From a virus (Duplodnaviria; Caudoviricetes), in IMG/VR virus record IMGVR_UViG_3300033120_000337, positions 1 through 64,000 of that record: a DNA stretch of 64,000 nucleotides; one strand, given 5' to 3'. Positions 43,123-53,640 of the stretch are shown here, in pieces (within the stretch, counting starts at the first letter, position 1; every line of letters starts with the position of its first letter). The notes below the pieces were generated by a model. That model ran no database searches, was not told the DNA's origin, and was given only the letters and a program-made list of their open reading frames with translations. The position numbers were made by a program, and so were the translations under genes.

Positions 43123-45561
43123 ATGCAAGTGACGAAACGGGATGGCAGCCATGAGGCTGTGGACTTGAACAAGATTGTTCGAGCCATCCAACGTTCTGGG
43201 TCTGGGGAGGGTTTGACACGAGTGGATACAATGCGTGTGGCCACACGTACTGTGAGCGGGCTCTACGACGGGGCGTCCACACTTGAGTTGGACCAACTGT
43301 CCATCCAGACTTCCGCTTCTCTCGTCACTGAGGAGCCAGAGTACGGACGTCTTGCAGCCCGGTTGCTCAGCACATTCATCGACAAGGAAGTCCGAAATCA
43401 GGACATCCAGTCTTTCTCCCAGTCAATCAAGACAGGTGTTGCAGAAGGACTCGTTGGGGAACGTCTTGCCAAGTTTGTTGGGAAGAACATCCGCAAGCTG
43501 AACGCGGTCATTGATCAAGACCGAAACCAACTCTTCGAGTATTTCGGGCTCAAGACTCTGTACGATCGATACCTACTGAGGCATCCCAAAACACGTCAGG
43601 TGATTGAGACCCCTCAACAGTTCTTCCTACGCATTGCCTGTGCTTTGTCTGAGGACAAGGTTGCCAACGCAGTCGAGTTGTACAACCTCTTCTCGAACCT
43701 GGACTACATCCCAAGTTCACCCACCCTGTTCAATGCTGGGACGGCTCACGAGCAACTCTCAAGCTGTTTCTTGCTCGACTCACCACAAGATGACCTCAAG
43801 GACATCTACAAGCGCTATTCGGACATCGCTCTTTTGAGCAAGTTCTCTGGTGGAATTGGCGTTGCGTACCATCGAGTTCGCTCACGAGGTTCGTTGATCA
43901 AGGGCACAAATGGCCAGTCCTCGGGCATCGTGCCCTGGTTGAAGACCCTTGATTCGTCAGTTCTCTCTGTGAACCAGGGTGGTAAGCGCAAGGGTGCAGC
44001 CTGTGTCTACTTGGAGACTTGGCACGCAGACATTGAGGAGTTCCTTGAACTTAGGGACAACACAGGCGATGAGGCACGCCGTACACACAACCTCAATCTT
44101 GCAAACTGGGTCTCTGACCTCTTCATGAAGCGAGTTGAGGCGAAGGGGGATTGGTCTCTTTTTGACCCAAAGGTTGTCCCTCATCTCACGGACCTCTATG
44201 GGGATGAGTTCGAGGCAGCATACATCAAGGCAGAGCAAGACGGACTTGCTGTCCGTGTCGTCAAGGCTCAGGACCTGTATGGGAAGATGATTCGCACGCT
44301 TTCCCAGACCGGCAACGGTTGGATGACCTTCAAGGACAAGAGCAACCGCGCTTGTAACCAGACTGGTAAGGCAGGCAATGTCGTGCATCTCTCGAATCTG
44401 TGCACAGAGATTCTGGAGGTCACTTCAGTTGATGAGGTCGCAATCTGCAATCTTGGCTCGATCAACTTGAGCCGACATGTTCTTCCCTTGGGTCCAACCC
44501 CTGAGGGAGATGATGTTCTGCGTTGCTTTGACTGGGCTCGTCTTAGGACAACAGTCCAGGCAGCGATTCGTCAATTGGACCGAGTCATCGACATCAACTT
44601 GTACCAGATTCCAGAGGCCTCAAGATCCAACTCTCGTTGGCGTCCTGTAGGTCTTGGTCTGATGGGACTTCAAGATGTGTTCTTCCAGTTGCGTCTTCCA
44701 TTTGACAGTGCAGAGGCACGAGTTCTCTCCCAGAGGATTTCTGAGGAGATTTACTACCATGCCTTGACCACTTCTACGTATCTGGCTGAGGAGAAGGGCG
44801 CACACCCGGCATTCTCGGAGACTCGTGCAGCCAAGGGAGAGCTTCAGTTTGATGCTTGGGGAGTCACCCCTAATGCATCAGGTCCTGGGGAGGTCAGTGA
44901 TACGAATCGTTGGGATGAGCTTCGGGCTCGTATCCAGAAGACTGGACTTCGGAACTCACTCATGGTGGCTATCGCTCCAACAGCTACCATTGCTTCCATT
45001 GTTGGATGCTATGAGTGCATTGAGCCTCAGGTCTCAAACCTTTTCAAGCGCGAGACCATGTCTGGAGATTTCCTTCAGATCAACAAATACCTCGTTGATG
45101 AGCTTCAGTCCCGAGGGTTGTGGACGGATTCCGTACGTGCTCAGATCAAGAGTGCCGAGGGTTCTGTGCAGGATGTCGTCGGTCTCCCAGATGACCTGAA
45201 GGTTGTGTTCCGAACGGCATGGGAAGTACCAATGAAGTCTCTCATCGACATGGCAGCGGATCGAGGGGCTTTCATTGATCAGAGTCAGTCTCTGAACCTT
45301 TTCATGGCATCTCCATCTATTGGTCCTGTGTCTTCAATGTACTTCTATGCATGGAAGAAGGGCCTGAAGACGACGTACTACCTTCGTTCTAGGCCTGCTA
45401 CACGCATCGCTAAGACGGCATTTGAGGCTCATACTGAGAAGTCCGCTGTCTCTCCAATCCGAGTTGCTTCGTCAATGTTGAAGGCTGAAACTTCAGAGGA
45501 TATTGCTTCCGCAGTGAGTTGTTCTCTGGAGAATCCTGAATCTTGCGAAGCCTGCCAGTAA
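43123..45561 (+). CDS. nrdA: class Ia ribonucleotide reductase alpha subunit with ATP cone
   Basis: VTKRDG, PSSPTLFNAG, QLSSCFL, SNLCTEI, CNLGSINL, APTAT, KTTYYLR, C-terminal CEACQ. Confidence 0.95.
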   Translation: MQVTKRDGSHEAVDLNKIVRAIQRSGSGEGLTRVDTMRVATRTVSGLYDGASTLELDQLSIQTSASLVTEEPEYGRLAARLLSTFIDKEVRNQDIQSFSQSIKTGVAEGLVGERLAKFVGKNIRKLNAVIDQDRNQLFEYFGLKTLYDRYLLRHPKTRQVIETPQQFFLRIACALSEDKVANAVELYNLFSNLDYIPSSPTLFNAGTAHEQLSSCFLLDSPQDDLKDIYKRYSDIALLSKFSGGIGVAYHRVRSRGSLIKGTNGQSSGIVPWLKTLDSSVLSVNQGGKRKGAACVYLETWHADIEEFLELRDNTGDEARRTHNLNLANWVSDLFMKRVEAKGDWSLFDPKVVPHLTDLYGDEFEAAYIKAEQDGLAVRVVKAQDLYGKMIRTLSQTGNGWMTFKDKSNRACNQTGKAGNVVHLSNLCTEILEVTSVDEVAICNLGSINLSRHVLPLGPTPEGDDVLRCFDWARLRTTVQAAIRQLDRVIDINLYQIPEASRSNSRWRPVGLGLMGLQDVFFQLRLPFDSAEARVLSQRISEEIYYHALTTSTYLAEEKGAHPAFSETRAAKGELQFDAWGVTPNASGPGEVSDTNRWDELRARIQKTGLRNSLMVAIAPTATIASIVGCYECIEPQVSNLFKRETMSGDFLQINKYLVDELQSRGLWTDSVRAQIKSAEGSVQDVVGLPDDLKVVFRTAWEVPMKSLIDMAADRGAFIDQSQSLNLFMASPSIGPVSSMYFYAWKKGLKTTYYLRSRPATRIAKTAFEAHTEKSAVSPIRVASSMLKAETSEDIASAVSCSLENPESCEACQ

Positions 45562-45633
45562 CCTCACGCAAAGCTCTGCGAGTCCTTCACCAAGGACTCG
45601 CATCTTTGTTTCCTCTTCTCTAAGGTGATACAC

Positions 45634-46632
45634 ATGCTGCTAGATCCTGGTCTTGATCTCACACTTCGTCCGATGCGTTACCCACAGTTCTATGAGATGT
45701 ATCGCGATGCAATTCGCAATACGTGGACGGTGGAGGAAGTGGATTTCTCTACAGACACAAGCGATCTTCGTGAGAAGATGTCCGAGGCGGATACACACTT
45801 GATTCAGCGCTTGGTGGCGTTCTTTGCAACTGGCGATTCGATCGTCTCGAACAACCTCGTGCTCAATCTATACGAGCACATCAATGCGCCAGAAGCGCGC
45901 ATGTATCTCTCGCGTCAGCTCTATGAGGAGGCACTTCATGTTCAGTTCTATCTGACGCTCCTCGATACCTACGTGCCTGACCCAGAAGAACGTGCGAAGG
46001 CATTTGCAGCCATCGACAACATCCCTTCCATCCGAAACAAGGCACGCTTCTGTATGAAGTGGCTTGACTCAGCACGTGAACTTGGTCCGCTTACGACAGT
46101 GGAGAAGCGCCGCAAGTTCTTGCTCAACCTCATCTGCTTTGCGGCATGCATTGAGGGGCTCTTCTTCTTTGGCGCGTTTGCCTACGTTTACTTCCTTCGC
46201 TCACGTGGCCTTCTTCATGGTCTAGCAGGCGGGACGAACTGGGTCTTCCGCGATGAGAGCGCGCATATGTCGTTCGCGTTCGAGGTGGTGAACATCGTAC
46301 GAAAAGAGGAGCCAGATCTCTTTGACGATGAGATGAAGCGTGATGTCATTGCGATGCTTGAAGACGCTGTGCAGTGCGAAGTTCAGTTTGCTGAGGACCT
46401 TCTTCAGGGTGGGGTGGCCGGGATGTCTGTGCGTGATATGCGTACCTACCTTGAGTTCATTGCCGACCAGCGTTTGCAGATGCTAGGCATCCCTGTTCGC
46501 TTTGGTTCGAAGAACCCATTTGCTTTCATGGAGCAGCAGGATGTACAAGAGCTTGCGAACTTCTTTGAGCGTCGTGTCTCCGCCTACCAGATCGGTGTGA
46601 CGGGCGAAGTGAGCCTGGACTCTTCTTTCTAG
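45634..46632 (+). CDS. nrdB: class Ia ribonucleotide reductase beta subunit
   Basis: WTVEEVD, FFATGD, EEALH, EGLFFFGAF, RDESAH, NFFERRVSAY. Confidence 0.95.
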   Translation: MLLDPGLDLTLRPMRYPQFYEMYRDAIRNTWTVEEVDFSTDTSDLREKMSEADTHLIQRLVAFFATGDSIVSNNLVLNLYEHINAPEARMYLSRQLYEEALHVQFYLTLLDTYVPDPEERAKAFAAIDNIPSIRNKARFCMKWLDSARELGPLTTVEKRRKFLLNLICFAACIEGLFFFGAFAYVYFLRSRGLLHGLAGGTNWVFRDESAHMSFAFEVVNIVRKEEPDLFDDEMKRDVIAMLEDAVQCEVQFAEDLLQGGVAGMSVRDMRTYLEFIADQRLQMLGIPVRFGSKNPFAFMEQQDVQELANFFERRVSAYQIGVTGEVSLDSSF

Positions 46633-46639
46633 GTTAGGG

Positions 46640-47116
46640 TTGAGCCAAAAGGGCGTAAGAGTCTGGGTGCCTACGTCTCAAATCCTCGATGCAGAAGGCC
46701 TAGTCTTTCAAGATGGGGCCTTCTTTTTTTTCGAAAAGGATGGCCAAGCCCAACCACTTGATTTTTCGATTTTCGAGGGTCAAGAAGTTCAGGCTTTGAT
46801 TGCTCATGTTCCTTCTCAACAACAGAAGGACAGATGGGGCTTCGGTTCCTGTGCTTTTCAGACGGTAGGTTTCTGCCCCTTTGGTCATCACCTCAACCCG
46901 CATAAATTGTTCTCCATGTCCGGTTCAGGGACTCTCCAGAAGATTGGTGACTGGTGGGGGGTGTCGGGTCTGGATTTCCCTCCACGTGACACTCTTGTTG
47001 GACATCGATGTCGGGTCCTAATCGTTCCGCATGTGTTTCACGTGGAGGACAGTCAGGTATCTGATCAACTCTCCGAGTTGATCCTCACCCTCTCAAAACT
47101 GAAGAACTCCAGATGA
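46640..47116 (+). CDS. hypothetical protein
   Basis: In-operon ORF; start uncertain. Confidence 0.5.
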   Translation: MSQKGVRVWVPTSQILDAEGLVFQDGAFFFFEKDGQAQPLDFSIFEGQEVQALIAHVPSQQQKDRWGFGSCAFQTVGFCPFGHHLNPHKLFSMSGSGTLQKIGDWWGVSGLDFPPRDTLVGHRCRVLIVPHVFHVEDSQVSDQLSELILTLSKLKNSR

Positions 47117-49494
47117 CGTATTTTTCGGGTCGTGTACACAGCATCCATTTTGAAGACCCAAACAGAGCCTTCTACATTCTGCGTTTGGTTCTGGACACGG
47201 ACCCAACTCCTATGGGTGTGGTCTCTGAAAGCACTGATGACTTCTTCAATAACGTAGGTGACTCAGGCTCTCCTGTTGCTGTTCAGGGGAACATTTCTGG
47301 GCTCACAATTTCCATTGGGACTTGGTTTGGTTTCGAGGGGGAGTGGACCAACCATCCAAAGTACGGGATGCAGATTCGAATTCTACGTGCTCCAGTCATT
47401 CAAAAGGACTGGGATGCGGACACCTGTGAGAAAGTCCTACTCTCGAAGGGCGTTGGTCCTACCATCGTAACCAAACTTCGGACTGCATTTGGGGATGACC
47501 TGCCTACACACCTCTCGGATGTGAACAAGATCGCAGAGGTTCCAGGCATGACCCAATTCACGGCACTCCATGTCGTGAGTTCCTGGAACTCTGCCCGTGC
47601 TCAGTTCCTCACTCTTGGGTACCTTTCAGATCTTGGTCTGCCCCAAGGCAAAATCCGTCAGGTGTACAAGACTTTTGGAGACACATCTCAAGAAGTGCTT
47701 TCCGTGAATCCTTGGGCTCTGATTCAGATTGAGGGGATCACGTTCCATGAGGCTGATGCTGTCGCTCATCGTCTTCACCTGGACACTTCTGGGACGAACA
47801 TGGCACGCCTTCGGGGTGCAGTCCTCCATGCTTGTAGATCGGGGCGAGGCTTTGGCCATATGTTCTCGTTTTCCCGCGACATACTGGGTGTGGTTCAAGC
47901 CATAGACCACACATTCCAGGAAGCCGATGTGGGACGCGCGATCAAGGAACTCTTCCAGGAGAAACTACTCGTTGTAGATCGGTCTGTTCAGGATGGTTCT
48001 ATCGCCATCTACGACCCTTGGTCCCACAAAATCGAGCAAGAGTCTGCTGTGTTGCTGGCGAAAAGGACTCTGACAGCTCGGATGACTCCTGAGGTAGAGC
48101 GTGGTTTTGCACGTTCCTTGATTGGGGAGGGGGAGACAGCTTCGAGTCTTTCAGAAGCTGTAGATATCTCTCTTGATCGACTTAGGAATTCTGGCTCTAT
48201 CTCCTTGTCCAAAGACCAAGCTCAAGGTGTCCGAAACGCACTCTGTGAGCCTGTGTCAGTGATTTCTGGTCTTCCGGGAACAGGCAAAACCACCTCTCTG
48301 CGAGTAGCAGTGAATCTTCTTCAAGAGGCTGGGATCCAGTTCCTCCTGGTTGCTCCAACAGGCATTGCTGCGAAACGGGTCACCAGTTTGACAGGTGCTC
48401 CGGCATCTACGATCCATCGAGCGTTCGGGTCCAAAGGCTCCACAGAGACTCGTAGGGATTCCAACTACGTTGGGGTCGTGGGGGAAAGTGGAGATAGCCT
48501 AGGTGTGGATGGGTCTCAAGAGATTTGGGGGTTTTCTCCAGAGTCCCCCCATCCAGCTGAGGTCATCATTGTGGACGAATCCTCGATGGTGGATCAACAC
48601 CTGACGTACAGAATCCTTTTGAGCACAAGGCAGGATGCGCGTCTTGTCTTTGTGGGTGACGCTGCACAGTTGCCTTCCGTAGGTCCTGGGAATGTTCTTC
48701 GAGATCTGATTGCTTCAGGCCTCTTCCCCACAGTGTCCTTGACAGAGATCTTCAGGCAAAGTGACACCTCACCCATCGTGCATGCTGCACATGCAATCCA
48801 TAGGGGGGATGTGCCTCTGGCTCCTGTGGGCTCAGACTTCTCTCTGTTGGAGGTGTCTGATGATGATGTTGTGGCTGACATCATCGTTTCTGCGGCAAAG
48901 AAACTGTTCCTTTCTCGGAAGAACTTCCAGGTACTGAGTCCACGTCATGCTGGACCTATAGGGGTGACCACTCTGAACGCTAGACTCCGTGAGTTGATCA
49001 ATCCAAAACAGGATTCACTCCGAGAGATGAAGGTAGGTTCTGAGATCATCCGAGAGGAAGACCGAATCATGGTAGTCCGGAATGACTACAAACTTGACAT
49101 CTTCAATGGCGACGTAGGTAAGGTCGTCACCATTGATAGGAAGCGTAAAGAGGTGGAGATCAAGGTCCACGGCCCACCCGCTATGCACGTCACCATTCCT
49201 TTGGACAAGGTTTCTGAACTGCTTCGCTTGGCCTACGCAGTTACGGTCCACAAGAGTCAAGGTCAGGAATACGACATCATCGTTTTGCCTGTGTCTCTTT
49301 CCTTCTCACATCAACTTCAGAGAAACCTGTTCTACACAGCTGTTACTCGTGCACGTAAGAAGGTTCTCCTTGTTGGAACTCGATCAGCCATGGTCAGAGC
49401 AGTAGCTAATGAGCGCGAGAGTGCTCGCAACACTCTCTTCAGGGAACGTCTACTGCGTTCGTTTGAGGAACTAGAAAAACCCGCAGCAGCGTGA
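47113..49494 (+). CDS. recD2: RecD2-like SF1B helicase
   Basis: GEWTNHPKYGMQ, GLPGTGKTT, APTGIAAKR, VDESSMV, GDAAQLPSVGPG, TVHKSQGQEY, YTAVTRAR. Confidence 0.92.
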   Translation: MTYFSGRVHSIHFEDPNRAFYILRLVLDTDPTPMGVVSESTDDFFNNVGDSGSPVAVQGNISGLTISIGTWFGFEGEWTNHPKYGMQIRILRAPVIQKDWDADTCEKVLLSKGVGPTIVTKLRTAFGDDLPTHLSDVNKIAEVPGMTQFTALHVVSSWNSARAQFLTLGYLSDLGLPQGKIRQVYKTFGDTSQEVLSVNPWALIQIEGITFHEADAVAHRLHLDTSGTNMARLRGAVLHACRSGRGFGHMFSFSRDILGVVQAIDHTFQEADVGRAIKELFQEKLLVVDRSVQDGSIAIYDPWSHKIEQESAVLLAKRTLTARMTPEVERGFARSLIGEGETASSLSEAVDISLDRLRNSGSISLSKDQAQGVRNALCEPVSVISGLPGTGKTTSLRVAVNLLQEAGIQFLLVAPTGIAAKRVTSLTGAPASTIHRAFGSKGSTETRRDSNYVGVVGESGDSLGVDGSQEIWGFSPESPHPAEVIIVDESSMVDQHLTYRILLSTRQDARLVFVGDAAQLPSVGPGNVLRDLIASGLFPTVSLTEIFRQSDTSPIVHAAHAIHRGDVPLAPVGSDFSLLEVSDDDVVADIIVSAAKKLFLSRKNFQVLSPRHAGPIGVTTLNARLRELINPKQDSLREMKVGSEIIREEDRIMVVRNDYKLDIFNGDVGKVVTIDRKRKEVEIKVHGPPAMHVTIPLDKVSELLRLAYAVTVHKSQGQEYDIIVLPVSLSFSHQLQRNLFYTAVTRARKKVLLVGTRSAMVRAVANERESARNTLFRERLLRSFEELEKPAAA

Positions 49495-49500
49495 GGTTCT

Positions 49501-49851
49501 ATGAACAACGAAGAAATTCGAGAGTTGGTGAATCGAGTTCGTACAGGTTTACGTGTCACTCGTGTAGTTGCGACACGTACCGTTCGTGGGAAATTGGGGG
49601 ACACACAAGCTGGATTCTCAGCGGAATCTTCTCTGCTTGACTCAGAAGGGTCTACAACCCCTATGACTCTTCAGGAGGCTATCGTGGCAAATTGCTTGTT
49701 GAGTCGAGAGGCTGACATCGCAGCGTTCAGGAATGCAGTCGCTGGCGGCAACATCTCTCCTGAGTATGGAAAAGACTCGATTGACGCCATCCGAGCAAAC
49801 TACTCCAAGTTGCTCGTTCAGTCTCTACTTGAACTGGAGTCAACAACATGA
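49501..49851 (+). CDS. hypothetical protein
   Basis: In-operon ORF. Confidence 0.55.
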   Translation: MNNEEIRELVNRVRTGLRVTRVVATRTVRGKLGDTQAGFSAESSLLDSEGSTTPMTLQEAIVANCLLSREADIAAFRNAVAGGNISPEYGKDSIDAIRANYSKLLVQSLLELESTT

Positions 49852-50663
49852 CTGAGGCACCTTCAGTAGATCCTATTCGCATTGAGGCGTTTTACCAAGC
49901 CTTGGGTGACATGCATGTTGACCTAGATGCTGACCCCCTGGCTCTGGGTCCCAAGAGGATCAACAACAAGACGGCGGAGTGTCGTACGTTCCTATCCAAG
50001 ACAGAGCGTATGTTCCTGGAGGTTTCTCAAGACCTCTACTGGTACCGAAGAGAGCACCGAAAGGCTCTAGCTGACTTTGAGCTAGCCGTGCAGGACTTGA
50101 TGTCCAATGACCCTGAGGTCCGTTCTGGTAGGTCTATTCAGGATCGTGAGGCTATTGCACACACAAAGCTTCGGTCTGATAGAGAGCGGATCAGTGTACT
50201 TCAATTCGCTTCGGAGGACTTGGAGGCTGTGCTCATTGTTGTGAAGACCAAGAGGAACGACCTGAAGGACATCGCTTCCCGACTTCGAGATCAACTCAAG
50301 ATCTGCCAAGAAGAGATTTCTTTGGGTGCTCGGTGGGGGGCGAACTCAAGGGCTAAGACCCCTAACCGAGGTCTAGCGGCTGAAGATTTTGTGGCCGATG
50401 GGGTGGAGGCAATGCTTGACCTGGCTTTGGTGGCCTTGCCTGAGCCAGATCCTGAGGGAACTTTGGAAGAGTCTGTGATCTCAACTTTCGAGGAGATAGA
50501 GAGCCTTCCCACAGAGCAAACTCTTGCTCCAAGTACAATCTCAGACTCAGATGCGGATAAGGCTTTGGAGTCTTTTTCAGGCCATTTGCCTCAGGAGGAG
50601 GAGGTTGTGCTTCCAACCCCCAAGGTTGATCAGAACTTAGACGAAATTCTTGATCTGTTTTGA
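49848..50663 (+). CDS. coiled-coil protein with acidic tail (possible recombination mediator)
   Basis: Helical N-half; acidic C-terminus LDEILDLF. Confidence 0.55.
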   Translation: MTEAPSVDPIRIEAFYQALGDMHVDLDADPLALGPKRINNKTAECRTFLSKTERMFLEVSQDLYWYRREHRKALADFELAVQDLMSNDPEVRSGRSIQDREAIAHTKLRSDRERISVLQFASEDLEAVLIVVKTKRNDLKDIASRLRDQLKICQEEISLGARWGANSRAKTPNRGLAAEDFVADGVEAMLDLALVALPEPDPEGTLEESVISTFEEIESLPTEQTLAPSTISDSDADKALESFSGHLPQEEEVVLPTPKVDQNLDEILDLF

Positions 50664-50767
50664 GCTTTTGGGGTGTAAGAGATAGTACGAAGAGTCCTTA
50701 CATCTCATGTAACGACCAATCTAAAATGGATTTGCTGATCCAAACCCTCAGCCGTAGGAGATAGAAC

Positions 50768-51520
50768 ATGAGTGGCATGACAGAATTCACAATTGGCGAA
50801 GGCGATGATGGCATTGCCAATAAGAACAAGCGCTTCAAGTGTAAGGAGGGAGAGAAGTATCGAATCTCCTTTGCTTACTGGCCTGGCATGGCTGAAGGCA
50901 CACCCACCCTGAGTGAGGAGTCTCAGGCTCCAAAGTTCGTAGCTTGCAAGCGTTTGTTCCTCCAGGGCGTTGGGTACTTCATGGACAAGGGTCCAGAGTT
51001 CGTGAAGATTGCTGGGGGAGCTGCTTCAAAGATGCAGATTGCCACAATCATCATCAAGTGGCCTCTTGATCGTGATGGTCAGGTTGATGTTGGTGCGATC
51101 AAGGACAAGAAGTTCCAGGTTTTGCCATGGATTTTCTCAGCTGACAAGTACAAGGTGATTGAACAGAATCACCGTGAGTTCCCGCTCAACAAGCACGATT
51201 TGAATCTGGCTTGTACAGACACTCAGTACCAGAAGTTGACAATCTCTCCTTGTCGTGAGTCTCTCTTCAAGAAGCTCTACGATGCCAGAGATAAGGATCC
51301 GAGCATCACCAATGCTTTGATTGCTGCAACCCAAGAGGCAATCCGTGATCTCCAAGGAGAGTTGGCACAGGATCTCACGATCGAACAGATTCGTGAGAAG
51401 CTCTCCAGAGCAAATGGCGGAGTTGGTGGCAACACTGGCGGTGGTGGTGGTGGTGGTTATGGCAACTCTGCTCACACCCCGAAAGAACTTGATTCTATCC
51501 TTGATGACATCCTCGGATGA
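50768..51520 (+). CDS. putative single-stranded DNA-binding protein (gp32-like)
   Basis: AGGAG RBS; Gly-rich linker and acidic tail ELDSILDDILG; replication context. Confidence 0.55.
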   Translation: MSGMTEFTIGEGDDGIANKNKRFKCKEGEKYRISFAYWPGMAEGTPTLSEESQAPKFVACKRLFLQGVGYFMDKGPEFVKIAGGAASKMQIATIIIKWPLDRDGQVDVGAIKDKKFQVLPWIFSADKYKVIEQNHREFPLNKHDLNLACTDTQYQKLTISPCRESLFKKLYDARDKDPSITNALIAATQEAIRDLQGELAQDLTIEQIREKLSRANGGVGGNTGGGGGGGYGNSAHTPKELDSILDDILG

Positions 51521-51634
51521 AATCTTGAGTTCTCAGGTTCCATGATCCAACAGGTCGCGGGTGGCGTCCTACGAACCAACTCCACATGGGTTGGTTCGTA
51601 AAGTCTTCAACCACCCATTTTTTCTGGAGGTCTT

Positions 51635-52309
51635 GTGAGAGTTCTGGGTCTGGATCCGTCTCTCACTGCCTTTGGTTGGGCTCTTCATGACTCTTCTGAG
51701 TCTGGGTCAAAAGCATGCCCTAGACGTGGCCGTTTTGCGACAAAGTCGAGTATGACTTTCGTAGATCGCTACATCTTCATGCGAGAATCTCTTCGTAGTC
51801 TGATTCAGGATTTGAATCCGGACAAGGTTGGGATTGAGTCACCCATCTTCCACAACCTCTTCTCTGAGGGTATGTACGGTCTGTTCCTCTACTCGAATGA
51901 GGCTCTCCGTCTGGAGCAGAAGGATGTAGTGTACTTCGCACCTGAGCAAGGTAAGGCCCATGCTCGGGAGTTTCTCCGTCGTCCTAAGGGTTGGAAAATG
52001 CTCAAGGGGGATATGGTGGAAGCTGCTAAGTCTGCTACGGGTGGCAGGGGTTCCTGGAATCACAATGAGGCAGATGCATACTTGATTGGGCGTCTAGCCT
52101 ATCGGTTCTGGGCATTCAAGTCTGGGGACATTTTAGAGAGCGATTTGACTCCTGTAGAACGCACTCAGTTTCTTGCAGTGCATACGTTCCAGAGGGGCTC
52201 AAGAGCAGGTCAAGTAGTTCAAAAAGGGCTCATGTACCGTGAGGAAGATCGTTTCTTTCTTTGGTCTCAGGTTGAGCCTCTTTCTTTTTCACACTCCGAT
52301 GAAAGCTAG
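51635..52309 (+). CDS. RuvC-like Holliday junction resolvase
   Basis: VLGLDPSLTAFG, VGIESP, HNEADAY. Confidence 0.8.
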   Translation: MRVLGLDPSLTAFGWALHDSSESGSKACPRRGRFATKSSMTFVDRYIFMRESLRSLIQDLNPDKVGIESPIFHNLFSEGMYGLFLYSNEALRLEQKDVVYFAPEQGKAHAREFLRRPKGWKMLKGDMVEAAKSATGGRGSWNHNEADAYLIGRLAYRFWAFKSGDILESDLTPVERTQFLAVHTFQRGSRAGQVVQKGLMYREEDRFFLWSQVEPLSFSHSDES

Positions 52310-52312
52310 ACA

Positions 52313-53638
52313 ATGACGACAACAGAAGCGCCTAAGACTGAATCTCTGCTGAAGACAACCAAGAAGAACAAGGCTGCTGCCAAGACTGCCACAAAGGATT
52401 CTGTGGTGGTGAGTCCTTTGGCTCGGGCTCGTGCAGCTTTGAAGGTGATTCTCAAAGAAGACCATGTCACCCCTCTCACAGAGAATCAGCTCAACTCTTC
52501 AATGCCACACATCCCAACGGGATCCATTATCATCGACTGGCAGATTGGTGGCAAGAAGAACAACCGAGGTGTTTCCCCATGCCCAGGTCTCCCAAGAGGG
52601 AAGATCATCAACGTCTACGGCAGTGCTGGAGCTGGGAAGACAACGCTTGCTCTTACTGCGGCCGCGACTGTGTGCGCTGCTGGCGGGACCTGCGTTTACA
52701 TTGACTGGGAAAATGAGGTAGAGCCTCGTTACGCCGAGTCCATTGGAGTTCCTGTCAAGGATGATTCCAGATTCCTTTTGTTCCAGCCCAACACGCTGGA
52801 AGAAGGCATGAAGATCATGGTGCAGATGGCGAGTGAGGGCGTGGACCTCATCGTCGTTGACTCAGTAGGCGCGGGTGTCCCCCACGACTTCTACCATCGC
52901 AAGATTGAAGAAGAGGGAGACCAGGGTCGCATTGGTCTAGTGGCTAGCAAGTGGAGCCAATTCCTACCCAAGTTCAAGAGCTTGATTGCCAGGAGTGGAT
53001 CCGTAGTTCTTGGTATTTCTCAGCTGAGAAAGACCATTGCTGCTGGTGGTCATGGTCCGGACTCTGCTGCTCAGGGTGGCGAGGCCTGGAAGTTCTACTC
53101 TGCGGTCCGCATGATGCTTCGAGTATTCTCGAAGGAGAAGACAAAGCAGTTCAATCACTTGACTGCAAAGGTCGAAGAGGTTGTGACGGGCACTATCGTC
53201 CTCTGCAAGTTGGAGAAATGCAAAGTCTCCGATTCAGTTTGGAGCGAGCAGAAATTCTACCTCCGGTCTGGTTCTGGCATCGACAACAATAGGTCTGTGA
53301 TTGACCTTGCCATAACCTACAAGATCATCGTCAAGTCTGGTGCTTGGTACGAGTGGTTGGGTGCTCCTGGGGGCGCCATCAAGAGTCAGGGAGTGGAAGC
53401 TCTCATAAAAATGATCTCTGAACGTCCGAATGGTCTTCATGCTCTCTTCCAACAGGTTATCCCGAAGTTGTCAGCTCAACCAAAGGTGGAACCATCCACA
53501 GTTGAGGATGATGATGGAGTTCCCGAAGACTTGTTCGCAGACTTTGTCCCTTTGACAGATGACGAGAAGAAGAAGGCTCAGGAAGAGGCTGAGAGCGTCA
53601 TTGAGTTGGAGTCTGAGTCTGAGTCTGAAAGCCCCTAG
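52313..53638 (+). CDS. recA: RecA/UvsX recombinase
   Basis: IPTGS, GLPRGKII.VYGSAGAGKTT, IDWEN, LIVVDSV, ISQLR, GGEAWKFYSAVR, KSGAWY. Confidence 0.92.
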   Translation: MTTTEAPKTESLLKTTKKNKAAAKTATKDSVVVSPLARARAALKVILKEDHVTPLTENQLNSSMPHIPTGSIIIDWQIGGKKNNRGVSPCPGLPRGKIINVYGSAGAGKTTLALTAAATVCAAGGTCVYIDWENEVEPRYAESIGVPVKDDSRFLLFQPNTLEEGMKIMVQMASEGVDLIVVDSVGAGVPHDFYHRKIEEEGDQGRIGLVASKWSQFLPKFKSLIARSGSVVLGISQLRKTIAAGGHGPDSAAQGGEAWKFYSAVRMMLRVFSKEKTKQFNHLTAKVEEVVTGTIVLCKLEKCKVSDSVWSEQKFYLRSGSGIDNNRSVIDLAITYKIIVKSGAWYEWLGAPGGAIKSQGVEALIKMISERPNGLHALFQQVIPKLSAQPKVEPSTVEDDDGVPEDLFADFVPLTDDEKKKAQEEAESVIELESESESESP

Positions 53639-53640
53639 TC

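Noticed and set aside
51567-51601. Hairpin TACGAACCAAC/GTTGGTTCGTA after the SSB-like gene
   Set aside because: Probably an ordinary stabilising or terminating stem-loop; single copy
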